NCBI RefSeq assembly: GCF_964204645.1
Contig: NC_134030.1
Span: forward strand, 2,398,778-2,462,777
Source: Tubulanus polymorphus
Lineage: Eukaryota; Animalia; Nemertea
Reading direction: 5' to 3'
DNA: 64,000 nucleotides
Part shown: in pieces, positions 26,828 through 39,165 of the stretch
Layout: each line of letters begins with the position of its first letter
How positions within the stretch are numbered: position 1 is the stretch's first letter
Translations under genes and position numbers: made by a program
The notes under the pieces: model-generated
What the model was told of the DNA's origin: nothing
Database searches by the model: none
What the model saw: the letters and a program-made list of their open reading frames with translations, nothing else

Positions 26828-26993
26828 AGAACTGCAGTTGTTAGCAATCACACGCATTAAATAACCCGCGCTGTTGGGCCTGGTCCGACGTTTTTGGTCG
26901 GGCCAAACCTTGAATAGGCACGTGTGTGACATTCGTAAACAGAACCTCAATAGGTGCTCACAAAAGCTATAAACTGGTTGATGATCCAGGGAC

Positions 26994-27036
26994 CCTAATC
27001 TTAATCCTAATCCTTATCCTAATCCTAATCCTTATT
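26994..27036 (+). repeat. (CCTAAT)n hexamer tract, ~7 degenerate copies
   Basis: Direct inspection. Confidence 0.85.
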
Positions 27037-27279
27037 CTTCATTGTAATCAAGTCTTTCCGCGATGGCCCGGGTTAAATTTGGCCCGGAACAACTGTTCAC
27101 ACTGGTCTCGAATGAGCCCGTGCCCGTGACCAAAAACGTCGGACCAGACTCGAGCCAAATTTTAGCACGGGGCAAATGATTGCGTTCGTCTCTCCACAGG
27201 TTCCAAAAAAATGACTAAACTCGCTTTGTTTAAGCATTGTTTAGTATCGAGTGAGTGGTTTGCGCGTAAAATTCGGCTC

Positions 27280-27341
27280 GGGCCTGATCCGTGCCAATAT
27301 TGCCCGGGCCTGATCCGTGCCAATATTGCCCGGGCCTGATC
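27280..27341 (+). repeat. 26-bp tandem repeat, ~2.4 copies
   Basis: GGGCCTGATCCGTGCCAATATTGCCC repeated. Confidence 0.9.
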
Positions 27342-28603
27342 GTCTCGGTGTGATCGCGGTTATACGTCATGTAGGGCTGCACAGCTGTGCAGAAACGAAT
27401 CTTCGCCATACAACATAATTCAATCATAACAAAACATATGTTCATCCAATCTAATCTTGCGCGATCTCTACAATCAAATCATTCTGGCATTGTCGGGAAA
27501 AATCCTTCTTAAACCAACTGTCAAACCCCGAGAAACCGTTTAAATCGGCTTCGTTTCGCGATGAAATTAGCACGAAACGCGGCGAACAGGATCAAGTGTA
27601 AGAGACGGCGGAGGAGTTTACGTTGACTAGCCGTGACTAAGATACAATCACTGGCGATCACATGGATCAAATCAGATCAGCTACTTACATTCGCAGACAG
27701 GTCACAACCGAATCTACGTCAATATTTATACAGTTTTCACGAGCATAGTTTTGACGCGTAATTTCCGATAAAACGTTCACATCAGGCATCACCCGAACGT
27801 TCATACGCGTCGGCAATCGCCTCCGCGTCGACGTCATCAATTATTCAAATTGCTATTGACAACCGGGGGATCACGTGATCGTTATGACCGACAGCAAGTA
27901 TTTTTGACGAATATTTTCACCGTCGCAAATTATGACGCCAAATTCATTCGAAGGGGAAACTCGGAAATGACCTTTGCGTCAACTCGAGGCTTCTGACAGT
28001 TTCGTAATTATATTTTCCTGCCTAATATTCTCAGTTTGGCCGCGGTGTCTTCTGTCACAACAGCAGCAGGTGCTACTGCTGCTGCTGCTGCTGCTGCTGA
28101 CCTTGGGGAAGCTGGTCATCGGTAGCAATGAATACAACAACGACACGTCACTGACCGGAAGAATTGATCCGAAATTCAATAAAGGAAGCATTACGAAGTA
28201 GACATTTCCGTTGAATAATTCACGATCGGCGAAGACTTTGAATTTTGCCATTGGAGAAAAAAAACCCATAATAAACAATGAAATGAAAAAACTTCTATAG
28301 CACAACTTTTCGACTCGAGTCTTTTCGAACCTATTTTCGAAAGTGAATTCTGGACTAACATCGGTTTCTGTGAAATTGAAAATTAGGCAGAAGCAAAGAC
28401 AACTGAAGAAAGAAACCACAATATTATGAAGTGAAACTTAGAACATGGCGATGTTTTGCATCAGGAGCCATTTTCAGTTTTGGAAATGGCACGGAGTTGA
28501 AAGCTCTTAGTTTTTATGTCTAGAATGTGGCTTTTTCTCCAATTCACGTTTAGACCGTCACTTGTTTATGGAAACTGATCAATACAAACCGACAAAATGA
28601 AGA

Positions 28604-28992
28604 AAAACTAAGAGAGTAGTAACGTTTAGACTCAATTCTATGAGCTATTTTCAAAACTAAGAGAGTAGTGACGTTTAGACTTAATTCTATGAGCTATTTT
28701 CAAAACTAAGAGAGTAGTGACGTCTGGACTCAATTCTATGAGACATTCTGAAAACTAAGCGAGCAGTGACGTTTAGACCTAATTCTATGAAACATTTTCA
28801 AAACCTAAGAGAGTTGTGACGTTTAGACTCAATTCTATGAGCCATTCAGAAAACTAAGCAAGTAGTGACGTTTAGACTTAATTCTATGAGACATTTTCAA
28901 AACCTAAGAGAGTTGTGACGTTTAGACTCAATTCTATGAGCCATTTTCAAAACTAAGAAAGTAGTGACGTTTAGACTCAATTTTTATGAGCC
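28604..28992 (+). repeat. 49-bp minisatellite (AAAACTAAGAGAGTAGTGACGTTTAGACTCAATTCTATGAGCTATTTTC), ~8 copies
   Basis: Direct inspection; period 49-50 bp. Confidence 0.95.
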
Positions 28993-29620
28993 GTAATCAA
29001 AATCAACTGCTAACTGATTACTGAATCGTCAAAATACTCTCGGAGTTTTTCTACATATTGTGGGTTTTTTATTCGATATACCCTGTGCTCACTATTACTG
29101 ACGGGTAGTTCCTCGCATTCACCTCTTTGTCGCTGTTTTAATTAGTATAATTACTAACACTGCCATCGCGTTCAAAACAGATGAAAAAAAACTTATCGCG
29201 CGTCGTTTAGAAGGAGACTTTTAATTAAAGTTGATTCTTGGCTGAATTCTCGACGCGTTGATTGACATTTCTGATATCATTGCTTCGTACTCCGCACCCG
29301 CAAATGTATCGTGCTTGATATTGATTTGAGATAACACGCTCCGAGGGCATCGGCTGGCTTTATTGATAAATAATGTATCGCTTAGAGATGAGATGTTCGT
29401 ATAGTTGAATCATTAAACATTTTTAAGACCGATAGCACTTTGAAGTTTAACTAATTCTTATCGTAAGTATGACTTTTCGCTACAGTAGCTTCATCGGGTA
29501 AATGAGTGAAGAGGTAGTCACTGTGTGTAGGAAGATTCTATTAGAAATTAAAAGCTTTCGCTACGAAAAGTACCTTCTTCAGATAAATGATTAAAGTCAA
29601 TGGAGAAACAACAGTATTTT

Positions 29621-29621
<1 letters not shown>

Positions 29622-29669
<48 letters not shown>
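29622..29669 (+). repeat. (GA)n microsatellite
   Basis: Direct inspection. Confidence 0.97.
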
Positions 29670-29672
<3 letters not shown>

Positions 29673-29679
29673 CAGTAGA

Positions 29680-29850
29680 GTGAGCAGAGTGAAAAAATGT
29701 TTGAATATTGGCCCCGATTCGAGCCCAACGCGAAGTCGCTCGGGCACACTGCACCGTGAAATGCATCTTCACCCGTCAAGGGATTCGAACCCACTACGCT
29801 AAAGCTGTTCCCCGAACCCCTTGACCTCACGAGTCTAGCCGACCAGAATC
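29680..29850 (-). mobile_element. tRNA-derived SINE-like remnant ending next to a (GA)n tract
   Basis: Minus-strand B-box GGTTCGAATCC (plus strand GGATTCGAACC at 29781-29791); boundaries uncertain. Confidence 0.4.
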
Positions 29851-30723
29851 CGGTCGTACCAATCACAGCGCTCGTAACAAACCGTCAGTAGACTTCTTTT
29901 GGTTTTCCCGTTAAATTGACCAATCAGCGAACGTTTTAGCGAACAAGGAAGTATTTCGTTAATCGATATATGACGTCACGCACAACAGTGCCGGTAATGA
30001 AATCGCGCGTCGTGAGGCCAGGGGGCTGGTGGAAGCGAGTTCGGGAGTGATACCGGACCCCTGGCAAGCGAGGATGCGTGAAATGCTGCCGCTATAGGCT
30101 TATCGACAGCGGAACATACACTGGCAATCAATGTGTCCTGCTTCACTGCCTTTCATATAACTATCATGAGCCGACTGTAGTGGTACTATTTATTTCACGC
30201 TTCTATGATGCAAGGTCAAGATGATGTATTGTAGTTTTGAAATGAAAAAATTTCAACTTGTCAGAATGCGCTTATATTAATGTGTGAAAAATACGCTAAC
30301 GAGCTAACGATTAGCATAGCGGCAGCACTGTACGGTACCGTGTGACCCAGTTGTGAAATGTAATGAAAACTTTCAAATTTCTCTGATTATAAACAGCTAG
30401 AACTCCCACGGTTGCGAGTAAGAGTGTCGGAGTTATTTTCAATTTGAATTAAATATTAACTCTGAATATGCGGAACTGGAGCCAGGTTTCTCAAACACAT
30501 ACGCGACCGATCTGCAGTAGATTCATTGAATTAACGACGTGTGATTTTAATTAAACACAGTATTTACGTCATCAACGTCGACAACGTTTGTTTGACGTCG
30601 TCGAAACCGTGACAAACTGATAACGCTAGGACGACTCCGACAACACGTCATTTGATTCGTTTTGATTACATCGGGTGCGAGTAAATTCATTGTATAAGGA
30701 AGAAAAAATAAAAGATCGTCATC

Positions 30724-32241
30724 GGTGGTGGTGGTGGTAGTGGTAGTGGTGGTGGTAGTGGTAGTGGTGGTGGTAGTGATAATCGTTAGCTCGTGGCGGT
30801 AACAGTGGTGCCGGTGTTAATGGTGGTGGTGGTGGTGAAGTTAGTGGTGTTGGGGTAGTGGAGGAGGTGGTGGTGTTAGTGGTGGTGGTGCTAGTGGTGG
30901 TGGTGGTATAAGTGGTGGTGTAAGTGATGGTGGGGTAGTGGAGGAGATGGTGGTGTAAGTGGTGGTGTAAGTGGTGGTGGTGTAAGTGGTGTTGGGGTAG
31001 TGGTGGTGGTATAAGTGGTGGTGTAAGTGGTGGTGGTGTAAGTGATGGTGGGGTAGTGGAGGAGGTGGTGGTGTAAGTGGTGGTGGTGCTAGTGGTGGTG
31101 GTGGTATAAGTGGTGGTGTAAGTGATGGTGGGGTAGTGAAGGAGGTGGTGGTGTAAGTGGTGGTGGTGCTAGTGGTGGTGGTGGTATAAGTGGTGGTGTA
31201 AGTGATGGTGGGGTAGTGAAGGAGGTGGTGGTGTAAGTGGTGGTGGTGCTAGTGGTGGTGGTATAAGTGGTGGTGTAAGTGATGGTGGGGTAGTGGAGGA
31301 GGAGGTGGTGTAAGTGATGGTGTAAGTGGTGGTGGTGTAAGTGGTGTTGGGGTAGTGGTGGTGGTATAAGTGGTGGTGTAAGTGGTGGTGGTGTAAGTGA
31401 TGGTGGGGTAGTGGAGGAGGTGGTGGTGTAAGTGGTGGTGGTGCTAGTGGTGGTAGTGGAGGAGATGGTGGTGTAAGTGATGGTGGGGTAGTGAAGGAGG
31501 TGGTGGTGTAAGTGGTGGTGTAAGTGGTGGTGGTGTAAGTGGTGTTGGGGTAGTGGTGGTGGTATAAGTGGTGGTGTAAGTGGTGGTGGTGTAAGTGATG
31601 GTGGGGTAGTGGAGGAGGTGGTGGTGTAAGTGGTGGTGGTGCTAGTGGTGGTGGTGGTATAAGTGGTGGTGTAAGTGATGGTGGGGTAGTGGAGGAGGTG
31701 GTGGTGTAAGTGGTGGTGGTGCTAGTGGTGGTGGTGGTATAAGTGGTGGTGTAAGTGATGGTGGGGTAGTGGAGGAGGTGGTGGTGTAAGTGGTGGTGGT
31801 GCTAGTGGTGGTGGTGTAAGTGGTGGTGGTGCTAGTGGTGGTGGTGTAAGTGGTGGTGGGGTAGTGGAGGAGGAGGTGGTGGTGATAGCGGTGATGGGGG
31901 TGGTAGTGTAAGTGGTGGTGGTGGTGGTGGCGGCGGCGGCGGCGGCGGCGGTGGTGGTGTAAGTTGTGGTGGTGGTGGTGGTGTAAGTGGTGGTGCTAGT
32001 GGTGGTGAGGTAGTGGAGGAGGAGGTAGTGGAGGAGGAGGAGGTGGTGGTGGTATGTGGTGATAGCGGTGGTGGTGGTGTAAGTGGTGGTGAGGTAGTGG
32101 AGGTGGAGGTGGTGGTGGTGGTGGTGGTGGTGGTGGTGGTGGTGGTGGTGGTGGTGGTGGTGGTGGTGGTGGTGGTGTAAGTGGTGGTGAGGTAGTGGAG
32201 GAGGAGGTGGTGGTGGTATGTGGTGATAGCGGTGGTGGTGG
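30724..32241 (+). repeat. (GGT)n-derived 1.5-kb low-complexity satellite with an ~80-bp higher-order unit
   Basis: GGT runs punctuated by GTAAGT, GCTAGT and GGGGTAGTGGAGGAG; an 80-bp period is visible at 31621-31780. Confidence 0.95.
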
Positions 32242-32771
32242 TATACTCGTAGATGCCGCAGAATCAGTGAAGCGGAGATGATTAAAATGCTAACTACAGA
32301 CGTCAACATCTCAGTCATTCTCGCTTCAAGCATTCCAATACCTAATCACAAATCGAATGGTTACGGCATCCCCGACTGTGAGAGGTTTTACCAATTATTT
32401 CCTAGTTTCAGGGCAGCGCTTTTTCACTTTCTATTTTCGCTTTCTCTTGTTCAGTTCGTCGTCTCGCGGAAGATAAACGGTTATATGATAAAGTTCAGGT
32501 GGGTATCGATCATTGAATTGACTGATGGACCCTACGTGACACCCGCCAGTGAGAGGTTACCCTTATATAACCAATGATGAAACAGTCCGTGCTGTTACTA
32601 GGTATAATACTGAATCTCGCACTATTAAATGTTTCCTTGAGTTTACAAACCTGAAGATGACTTTTTTTCATCGTGTTGGTAGTTAATTAAACAAACCTGA
32701 AGTTGACTTTTAGGATCGGGACGAGTTATTGCATTGAGCTAGTAGTTCATTCAAACGTTTCATCTTCATCA

Positions 32772-33019
32772 CAGAGCCGTCGGAATGGGGGCGGCAGGGA
32801 CGGCCAAAGTTGCCCCACTTTTTTGCTTAACAAAATTTTTTTATGCTTTTCTCAAAAGCACGCTGTATCGCGTAGCAGCTCGTCGTTCTCTGTACTAGGT
32901 GGTTGGCTCACGACTTCTCGTGCTTCTGTGAATGAGACCGTGAAATGGCCCCGAAACGCATCTCCGGCGCCCGATTGAATTTTCAAAATTTTTCACAAAA
33001 ATCCCCTCTGACGGCTCTG
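32772..33019. mobile_element. Second copy (inverted) of the CAGAGCCGTC-TIR MITE
   Basis: CAGAGCCGTC...GACGGCTCTG ends; shares CCCCACTTTTTTGCTTAACAAAATTTTTTT and TCGTTCTCTGTACTAGGTGGTTGGCTCACG blocks with the reverse complement of 26562-26827. Confidence 0.75.
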
Positions 33020-33945
33020 TCCTAGTATTGTGGTGTTTATGAATACAATGCAGTATTCGTGCAGATGAATATTAGGCATATACGTAATAAGGTTATATCA
33101 GTTTAACGTGCGACATGAACGTAACGTCGAATAAACTATTTGCTCAAGGAATATTTAGGACTGGTTACATTCGATGCGCGCTGCAACAACGCAGACACAA
33201 TTTCCTCAATTTGGATTCTGTGATTTTAGCTTCCATACCTAAAATGTTTCCTTGAAGTTGATATGTATCTGAAGGTGACTAAAATGATATAAACAAAACG
33301 TCATAAGCTGAATGATACATGATTCAGACTCTCTATTTCTTATTCCTATCGTAGGATTTTATATAAAGAGTTCACGCACTCTTGACAGCGGGTGTGACTC
33401 GACGTCAATCCCCGCCAGCGGTGGTATGCGAAAATCAGCATCATCATTTTCACGACATTTCCTCTGCCAGATAAACGCTCGAATTATATCGGTTTAAGCG
33501 CTATTTCGCCTGGTGAAAGAGACGCGAACAATTCAATATGAATTTTCAGCGGCAATTCGAGCTTTCAAAAACGTCAAAAACCTGAATATAATAGATATTC
33601 ATGATTGTGGATGCGTCTTCAAACTGACGGCCTGATAGCAACAATCTTTTCTTGTAGGCAAAATCCATTTTAGAGTGAACTCGAAAATAAGTAAATACGA
33701 AAAGGTCATTCATCACTTTTTTTAAATGTGAATGTAGTCAAATTGAATAGGTCCTTGTCTAACGCTACTGTGGCAAGCGAGTATCCACCAGGCGTCGCTC
33801 GGTTGGTTACTCGGTCTCCAGCGTTGAATTTCTTCAACGTTTCGCTTAAAATCGAATGAAGCCCCGAAATTTCTAATCATCGTCTTCGATTTAATTAAAA
33901 AATACTGTAGCTTCGACCACCGATCACACAACTATATATGGACTT

Positions 33946-34070
33946 CGATTTTCGATTTCAAATTTAAACCCCTGTTTCGCTCCCGGCGGGTGTGTTATGG
34001 GTTTTTATGGGACATCAATCAAATCATAACAAACGAATTAACCAACCAAATGAATAACAGGGTCAATCCA
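33946..34070 (+). repeat. Dispersed repeat; relatives at ~24428-24510 and ~37966-38090
   Basis: Shared CGATTTNCGATTTCAAA start and GGGNCAAT end. Confidence 0.55.
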
Positions 34071-34597
34071 TATTTTAAGACGAAAAAAAAATCGAATGAA
34101 GCTAAATCAATCGATTGATAAGAAAAATGAATTTAATATTCGGTGATTTGATTGACTAGATAAAGTCGGTTGATTAACATAATTAAAGTTGCGCTGTACT
34201 TTAACAATATCATGGCCTTCACCTTCACCGACTAATCAACGATCTAGTTCATTAAAACGTTGATTATGTGATTGCGGATTCCCGTTGTAACGCGGCCTAC
34301 ACATCATTAACGCCTTTAAATCTCCGCGGGATACTCGTGTTTTAATTACGTCTACACACATTTATTTACATGGTTGAGATCGTTTGGTTTGAATTGAAGT
34401 TTTTTTCGGGTAATCAATTTAACGGTAAACATTGTTTTCGACTTGCGTGGAATTGCGATGGAGGATGAATTTCATTTTACGAAGGCGATCGATGATAATT
34501 AGAATTAGTGAGATTTGTCGCGGTGTCTGACATTTACGTATATCCGTTTTTCAGCCTCGCCGAGTATGAAGTGAAATGTAAACTATTCCTTACTCTC

Positions 34598-35473
34598 TAG
34601 CGTTGAAACTGCTGTAAATATTTCACCGAGTTGAGAATCAGGGAACTCAGTAGTGTTGAGACTGCTGTAAATATTTCACCGAGTTGAGAATCAGGGAACT
34701 CGGTAGCGTTGAAACTGCTGTAAATATTTCACCGAGTTGAGAATCAGGGAACTCAGTAGAATTGAGACTGCTGTAGATATTTCACCGAGTTGAGAATCAG
34801 GGAACTCGGTAGCGTTGAAACTGCTGTAAATATTTCACCGAGTTGAGAATCAGGGAACTCGGTAGCGTTGAAACTGCTGTAAATATTTCACCGAGTTGAG
34901 AATCAGGGAACTCTGTAGTGTTGAGACTGCTGTAAATATTTCACCGAGTTGAGAATCAGGGAACTCGGTAGCGTTGAGACTGCTGTAGATATTTCACCGA
35001 GTTGAGAATCAGGGAACTCGGTAGCGTTGAGACTGCTGTAGATATTTCACCGAGTTGATAATCAGGGAACTCGGTAGCGTTGAGACTGCTGTAGATATTT
35101 CACCGAGTTGAGAATCAGGGAACTCGGTAGCGTCGAGACTGCTGTAAATATTTCACCGAGTTGAGAATCAGGGAACTCGGTAGCGTTGGGACTGCTGTAA
35201 ATATTTCACCGAGTTGAGAATCAGGGAACTCGGTAGAGTTGAGACTGCTGTAAATATTTCACTGAGTTGAGAACCAGGGAACTCGGTAGCGTTGAGACTG
35301 CTGTAAATATTTCACCGAGTTGAGAATCAGGGAACTCGGTAGCGTTGAAACTGCTGCAAATATTTCACCGAGTTGAGAATCAGGGAACTCGGTAGCGTTG
35401 AGACTGCTGTAAATATTTCACCGAGTTGAGAATCAGGGAACTCGGTAGGGTTGGGACTGCTGTAAATATTTCA
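34598..35473 (+). repeat. 53-bp minisatellite (TAGCGTTGAGACTGCTGTAAATATTTCACCGAGTTGAGAATCAGGGAACTCGG), ~16.5 copies
   Basis: Direct inspection; highly homogeneous, with no unique spacers. Confidence 0.97.
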
Positions 35474-36877
35474 TTTAGTTGGAAAGGTTTTATTGACATT
35501 GGTTTCCGTTGCAGGGTCAATCTGATGATCGGTATCGGCTCAGGTCGGGCCTGTTGTATTAACAGCTCCTCCTACAGTTGCAGTGACATTTCTAGGTCAC
35601 CTCGTGACGTATACAGTGCCTGGAATGAAATGACATCGTTCCCCGCGGTGAACAGATATCAAGATTTCCGCCGAACAAATTCTAATTAAAATTTTACGAA
35701 AGGTTTCTCTTCATGTAGCGCGCTCGCTCAAGGGACCAGTTTTAAAGGGAAAAGTAGTAAAACCCGACGTAGACGGCGCAGTGTATCCGTGCTTCCCCAC
35801 GTGGAGGTCGAGCGCCTGAGGGCAACTCAACCACGTATCATTACCGAATAGCTGAACCGCAAACCTCGAAATATATATAAATTTCTTCTCGTTAACTGAT
35901 TGTATTACATACACGCGACATCGTGTCTGTTCTAGTCGCCAACCGAAACTCCTTTTGGAATATGAATATGAGAAATATGAGAAAATTGTCGATACGTAAA
36001 CGGATGGATGAATCTCTGTCCTTTTGTCCATTTTTGTCATCTCCATCGTCGCAAAAACTGTTGAATATCACGCGGTTTATTGTCGAACGACTATACCGCA
36101 TGAACTGTGCTGCAGTCCCTGGGAATTGGAACGATCAGGTGTCGGTCGGACTACATGCAGTGTATATAGCGCAACTACCTGCTAACTTACCACTCCGTTG
36201 GGACTCGATAGACAAGTACCAAATCGATAAGAAACTCTCACCATAAAGACCGCTACCAAGGCCACTGTCTAGGATACAACGCAACCATTAATGAAACACT
36301 CTGTCCTGGCGTCACACACACACGAATGAAAAATAATGTTTCCTTGAGCTAAACTGTTTCTACCTAATCCAAATAGTTATCTCCAGGAATTCCTGACTGG
36401 GATACACGATAATATTGATACGAATGACGCACAAAAACACGATGACACCTTCCTTAATCTCATAATACACGCTTTCTAACGCTTCAATAGCTGGGCGAGA
36501 TATATGTTGAATTTGGTGGTTGTTTCCTCCTTTTACGGTTACGCTAAGTCTTATCAAGTCAATAAGTCATGAACTTATCTTTTAGTAATTCTTATGTCAT
36601 TCGTGGATCTAGAAAAAAAGTCTACTAGAAACCGGCAGTAATTATTATCGGGTTTCGAGGATGTTTTCAAACGGACTCTGTTTGCCTCGGATCTCGCATG
36701 ATCTATCGAAAAGAAGATCTTAAAAAGCACGTGCTGAAAAGACAACTTAGTTGACTTTTAATTTATTCTTTTCAACCAATATTCTTTTTTCAACCAATTT
36801 GTTCTGTGGCCCGAATCAGCTACAATTTATGCCTCATTTTTTCTCGTTTGAATCTCACTGTACGGCGCTACTGTTTT

Positions 36878-36979
36878 CACCAGCAGCGCACCAGCAGCAC
36901 CATCAGCACCAGCAGCACCAGCAGCACCATCAGCACCAGAGCACCATCAGCACCAGCAGCACCAGCAGCGACCCAGCAG
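36878..36979 (+). repeat. CAG/CAC/CAT trinucleotide-derived repeat
   Basis: Direct inspection. Confidence 0.9.
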
Positions 36980-38789
36980 CCCGTGGTGCATATTTACGGC
37001 TTTTATCATCCTTCACCGCGAGTCATTTAGGTGGAAAAAAACGCATCACTCTCCTGCCAAATGGCGCGCACATTTTTATGTAATTTTTCCATGTTTATGA
37101 GATTGTAATGGAGATGTATTTTCTGACGGTGAAGAAAAGCGGCGCGTGTGGCATATTTTTTCGTCGCTTTCCAATTCGTCATCGCGGACTGAAATTAGTT
37201 AATGAGAAACAAATGGAAAAATACACGTAGAATCGAGGGACAGTTTCATCGCATTACGCCGCGCTATTCCTGCATATTATGTTACATCGCTAAAAACAAA
37301 ACCCGCCGTTCACACAGTTATATCTGTATTCTTATATGGCTATATAGTTTATTTTCAAGTGAAATTATAACAGATAGTCATACATAACATTTTATATAAA
37401 TACGAATACAACAAGATGTTATAATAGTGAATGTTAGAACCAATAGAAAGCAGGAATACTTGTTTGAAGCACCTATTCGAACTAAAATTATTGTTTTTGG
37501 AATATTTCAGAAAATAACTGGCTTATTAAATGATTATATCTTAATCAAGCTGTTATCATAGTTTACTTTGATTGCATTTTGTGTGTTAAGGGTTGACTGT
37601 GTGCATATTATTTTCTTTATTGCATTTCTCTTTTTTTCTTTTCTCTTTTGAGGGACCTGTTTTATACAAACTATTCCTTAGTTTCTACAGGCCCCTCCAG
37701 GTCTAATTTACTGTATTTTGTATTAGGCTTTGTACACTATGCTGTAAATTATATTTGAAAAATAAAGTGTTCAAATCAAATCAAAATCACCTTAAAACTT
37801 CACCAAGAACCTTAGCGTCTGATTTACCACTGTTGGTTACACGATAGGATCGTAGAGCGACGGACAACCACTGCCAGGACTGGGTGAATTTCAAACACAC
37901 ACAATCACGCATCATTCGTTCCCCTCGCATACAGATTCATACAGCAAGCATCATTTTCATGCCTCGATTTGCGATTTCAAAATCAAGCCCCTTGTTTTCC
38001 TTCCGGCAGGTGTAGTGGGTTTATAAGGGACTTTACTGAAATTAGATCAAAATTGATCAATCACTCGTGTAAAAAAGTGGGACAATTCCGTAGTATATCA
38101 TACAGTGTAGCGGAATATGAGTGGAAAATTAGGGACAATTAACTGGTGAAATTCAATATCTGCGGACATTTTTTTCCGAGTTTGGGATTTTTATATCGTT
38201 CGATTCATCAATTTTCGATAAAACTAGACCGACAACATCTTGAACTGACGTAACAATTAACGATTAGAATAACGTCGAAATGACATTCAAACAACTCGAA
38301 TTGGCATCCGTTTATAATGACAACTATAAGAATCGAGGTTCATCTCGGAATTGTCAGTAAATAAAGGCGCTTTCTTCAATGATGCTCAACTCTGTCACTC
38401 GGTCGCAGTATTATACATATTTCTATCGATCTGATTTTCCAGCGAGCCGATGCGTTAATCGTTAACGTCATTAATCAATATATGAATGTTATTTAAACTT
38501 GACGAGTTGATGTTTATCTTTCGTGTCGCATTCATGACAAATCTACCTTTTCTATATCCGCATACACAGCTGGTCATATGGAAATGTTTTGACTCGATTA
38601 TTTTCGGCTGAAGTTTCGGGCATGACACGAGAGATAAATGGTCGACTATAGACATTGCTCGTTCGCGAGGTAAACTGTAGTTGTAGATTACGGTCCCACA
38701 TTCGATAATTTACGAGAAATTTCTATACATTTTGTTAACAGCCGAGATTATGCATATTTATATAGTTGCGACCTGTAAAATGGTCCCAG

Positions 38790-39165
38790 GACTGGTCTAA
38801 AGTTGTTCAATTGGTTATAGAACCTAAATGAGCTCAGACTGGTCTTAAGTTATAAGATTAGCTATAAAACCAAAATGAGCTTAGACTGATCTCAAGTTGT
38901 TAGATTAGCTATAGTACCAAAATCAGCTAAGACTGGTCTCAGATTGTTCAATTGGTTATAGAATGAGCTGAAACTGATCTTAAGCTGTTAGATTGGCTAT
39001 AGAACCAAGATGAGCTGACTGATCTCAAGTTGTTAGATTGATTATAGAACCAAAATCAGCTAAGACTGGTCTCAGATTGTTCAATTGGTTATAGAACCAA
39101 GATGAGCTGACTGATCTCAAGTTGTTAGATTGATTATAGAATCAAAATAGCTTTTAGACTGGTCC
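38790..39165 (+). repeat. Degenerate ~45-48-bp satellite (AGACTGGTCTTAAGTTGTTAGATTGGCTATAGAACCAAAATGAGCT-like), ~8 copies
   Basis: Recurring GACTG(G/A)TCT and TATAGAACC motifs. Confidence 0.85.

Noticed and set aside
26994-27036. Interstitial telomeric repeat
   Set aside because: The unit is TTAGGA-like, short and degenerate, not TTAGGG or TTAGG.
27974-28419. Overlapping poly-Leu and poly-Ser ORFs
   Set aside because: Driven by a (CTG)n tract, with non-ATG starts and no domain support.
31722-32333. 203-aa His/Thr/Pro-rich ORF as an extensin- or formin-like protein
   Set aside because: Translation of the GGT satellite; the 80-bp period is not a multiple of 3 and the reading pattern shifts frame.
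34598-35473. 53-bp array (and the 49-, 33- and 19-bp arrays) as CRISPR
   Set aside because: Units are contiguous with no unique spacers, there are no cas genes, and the context is eukaryotic.
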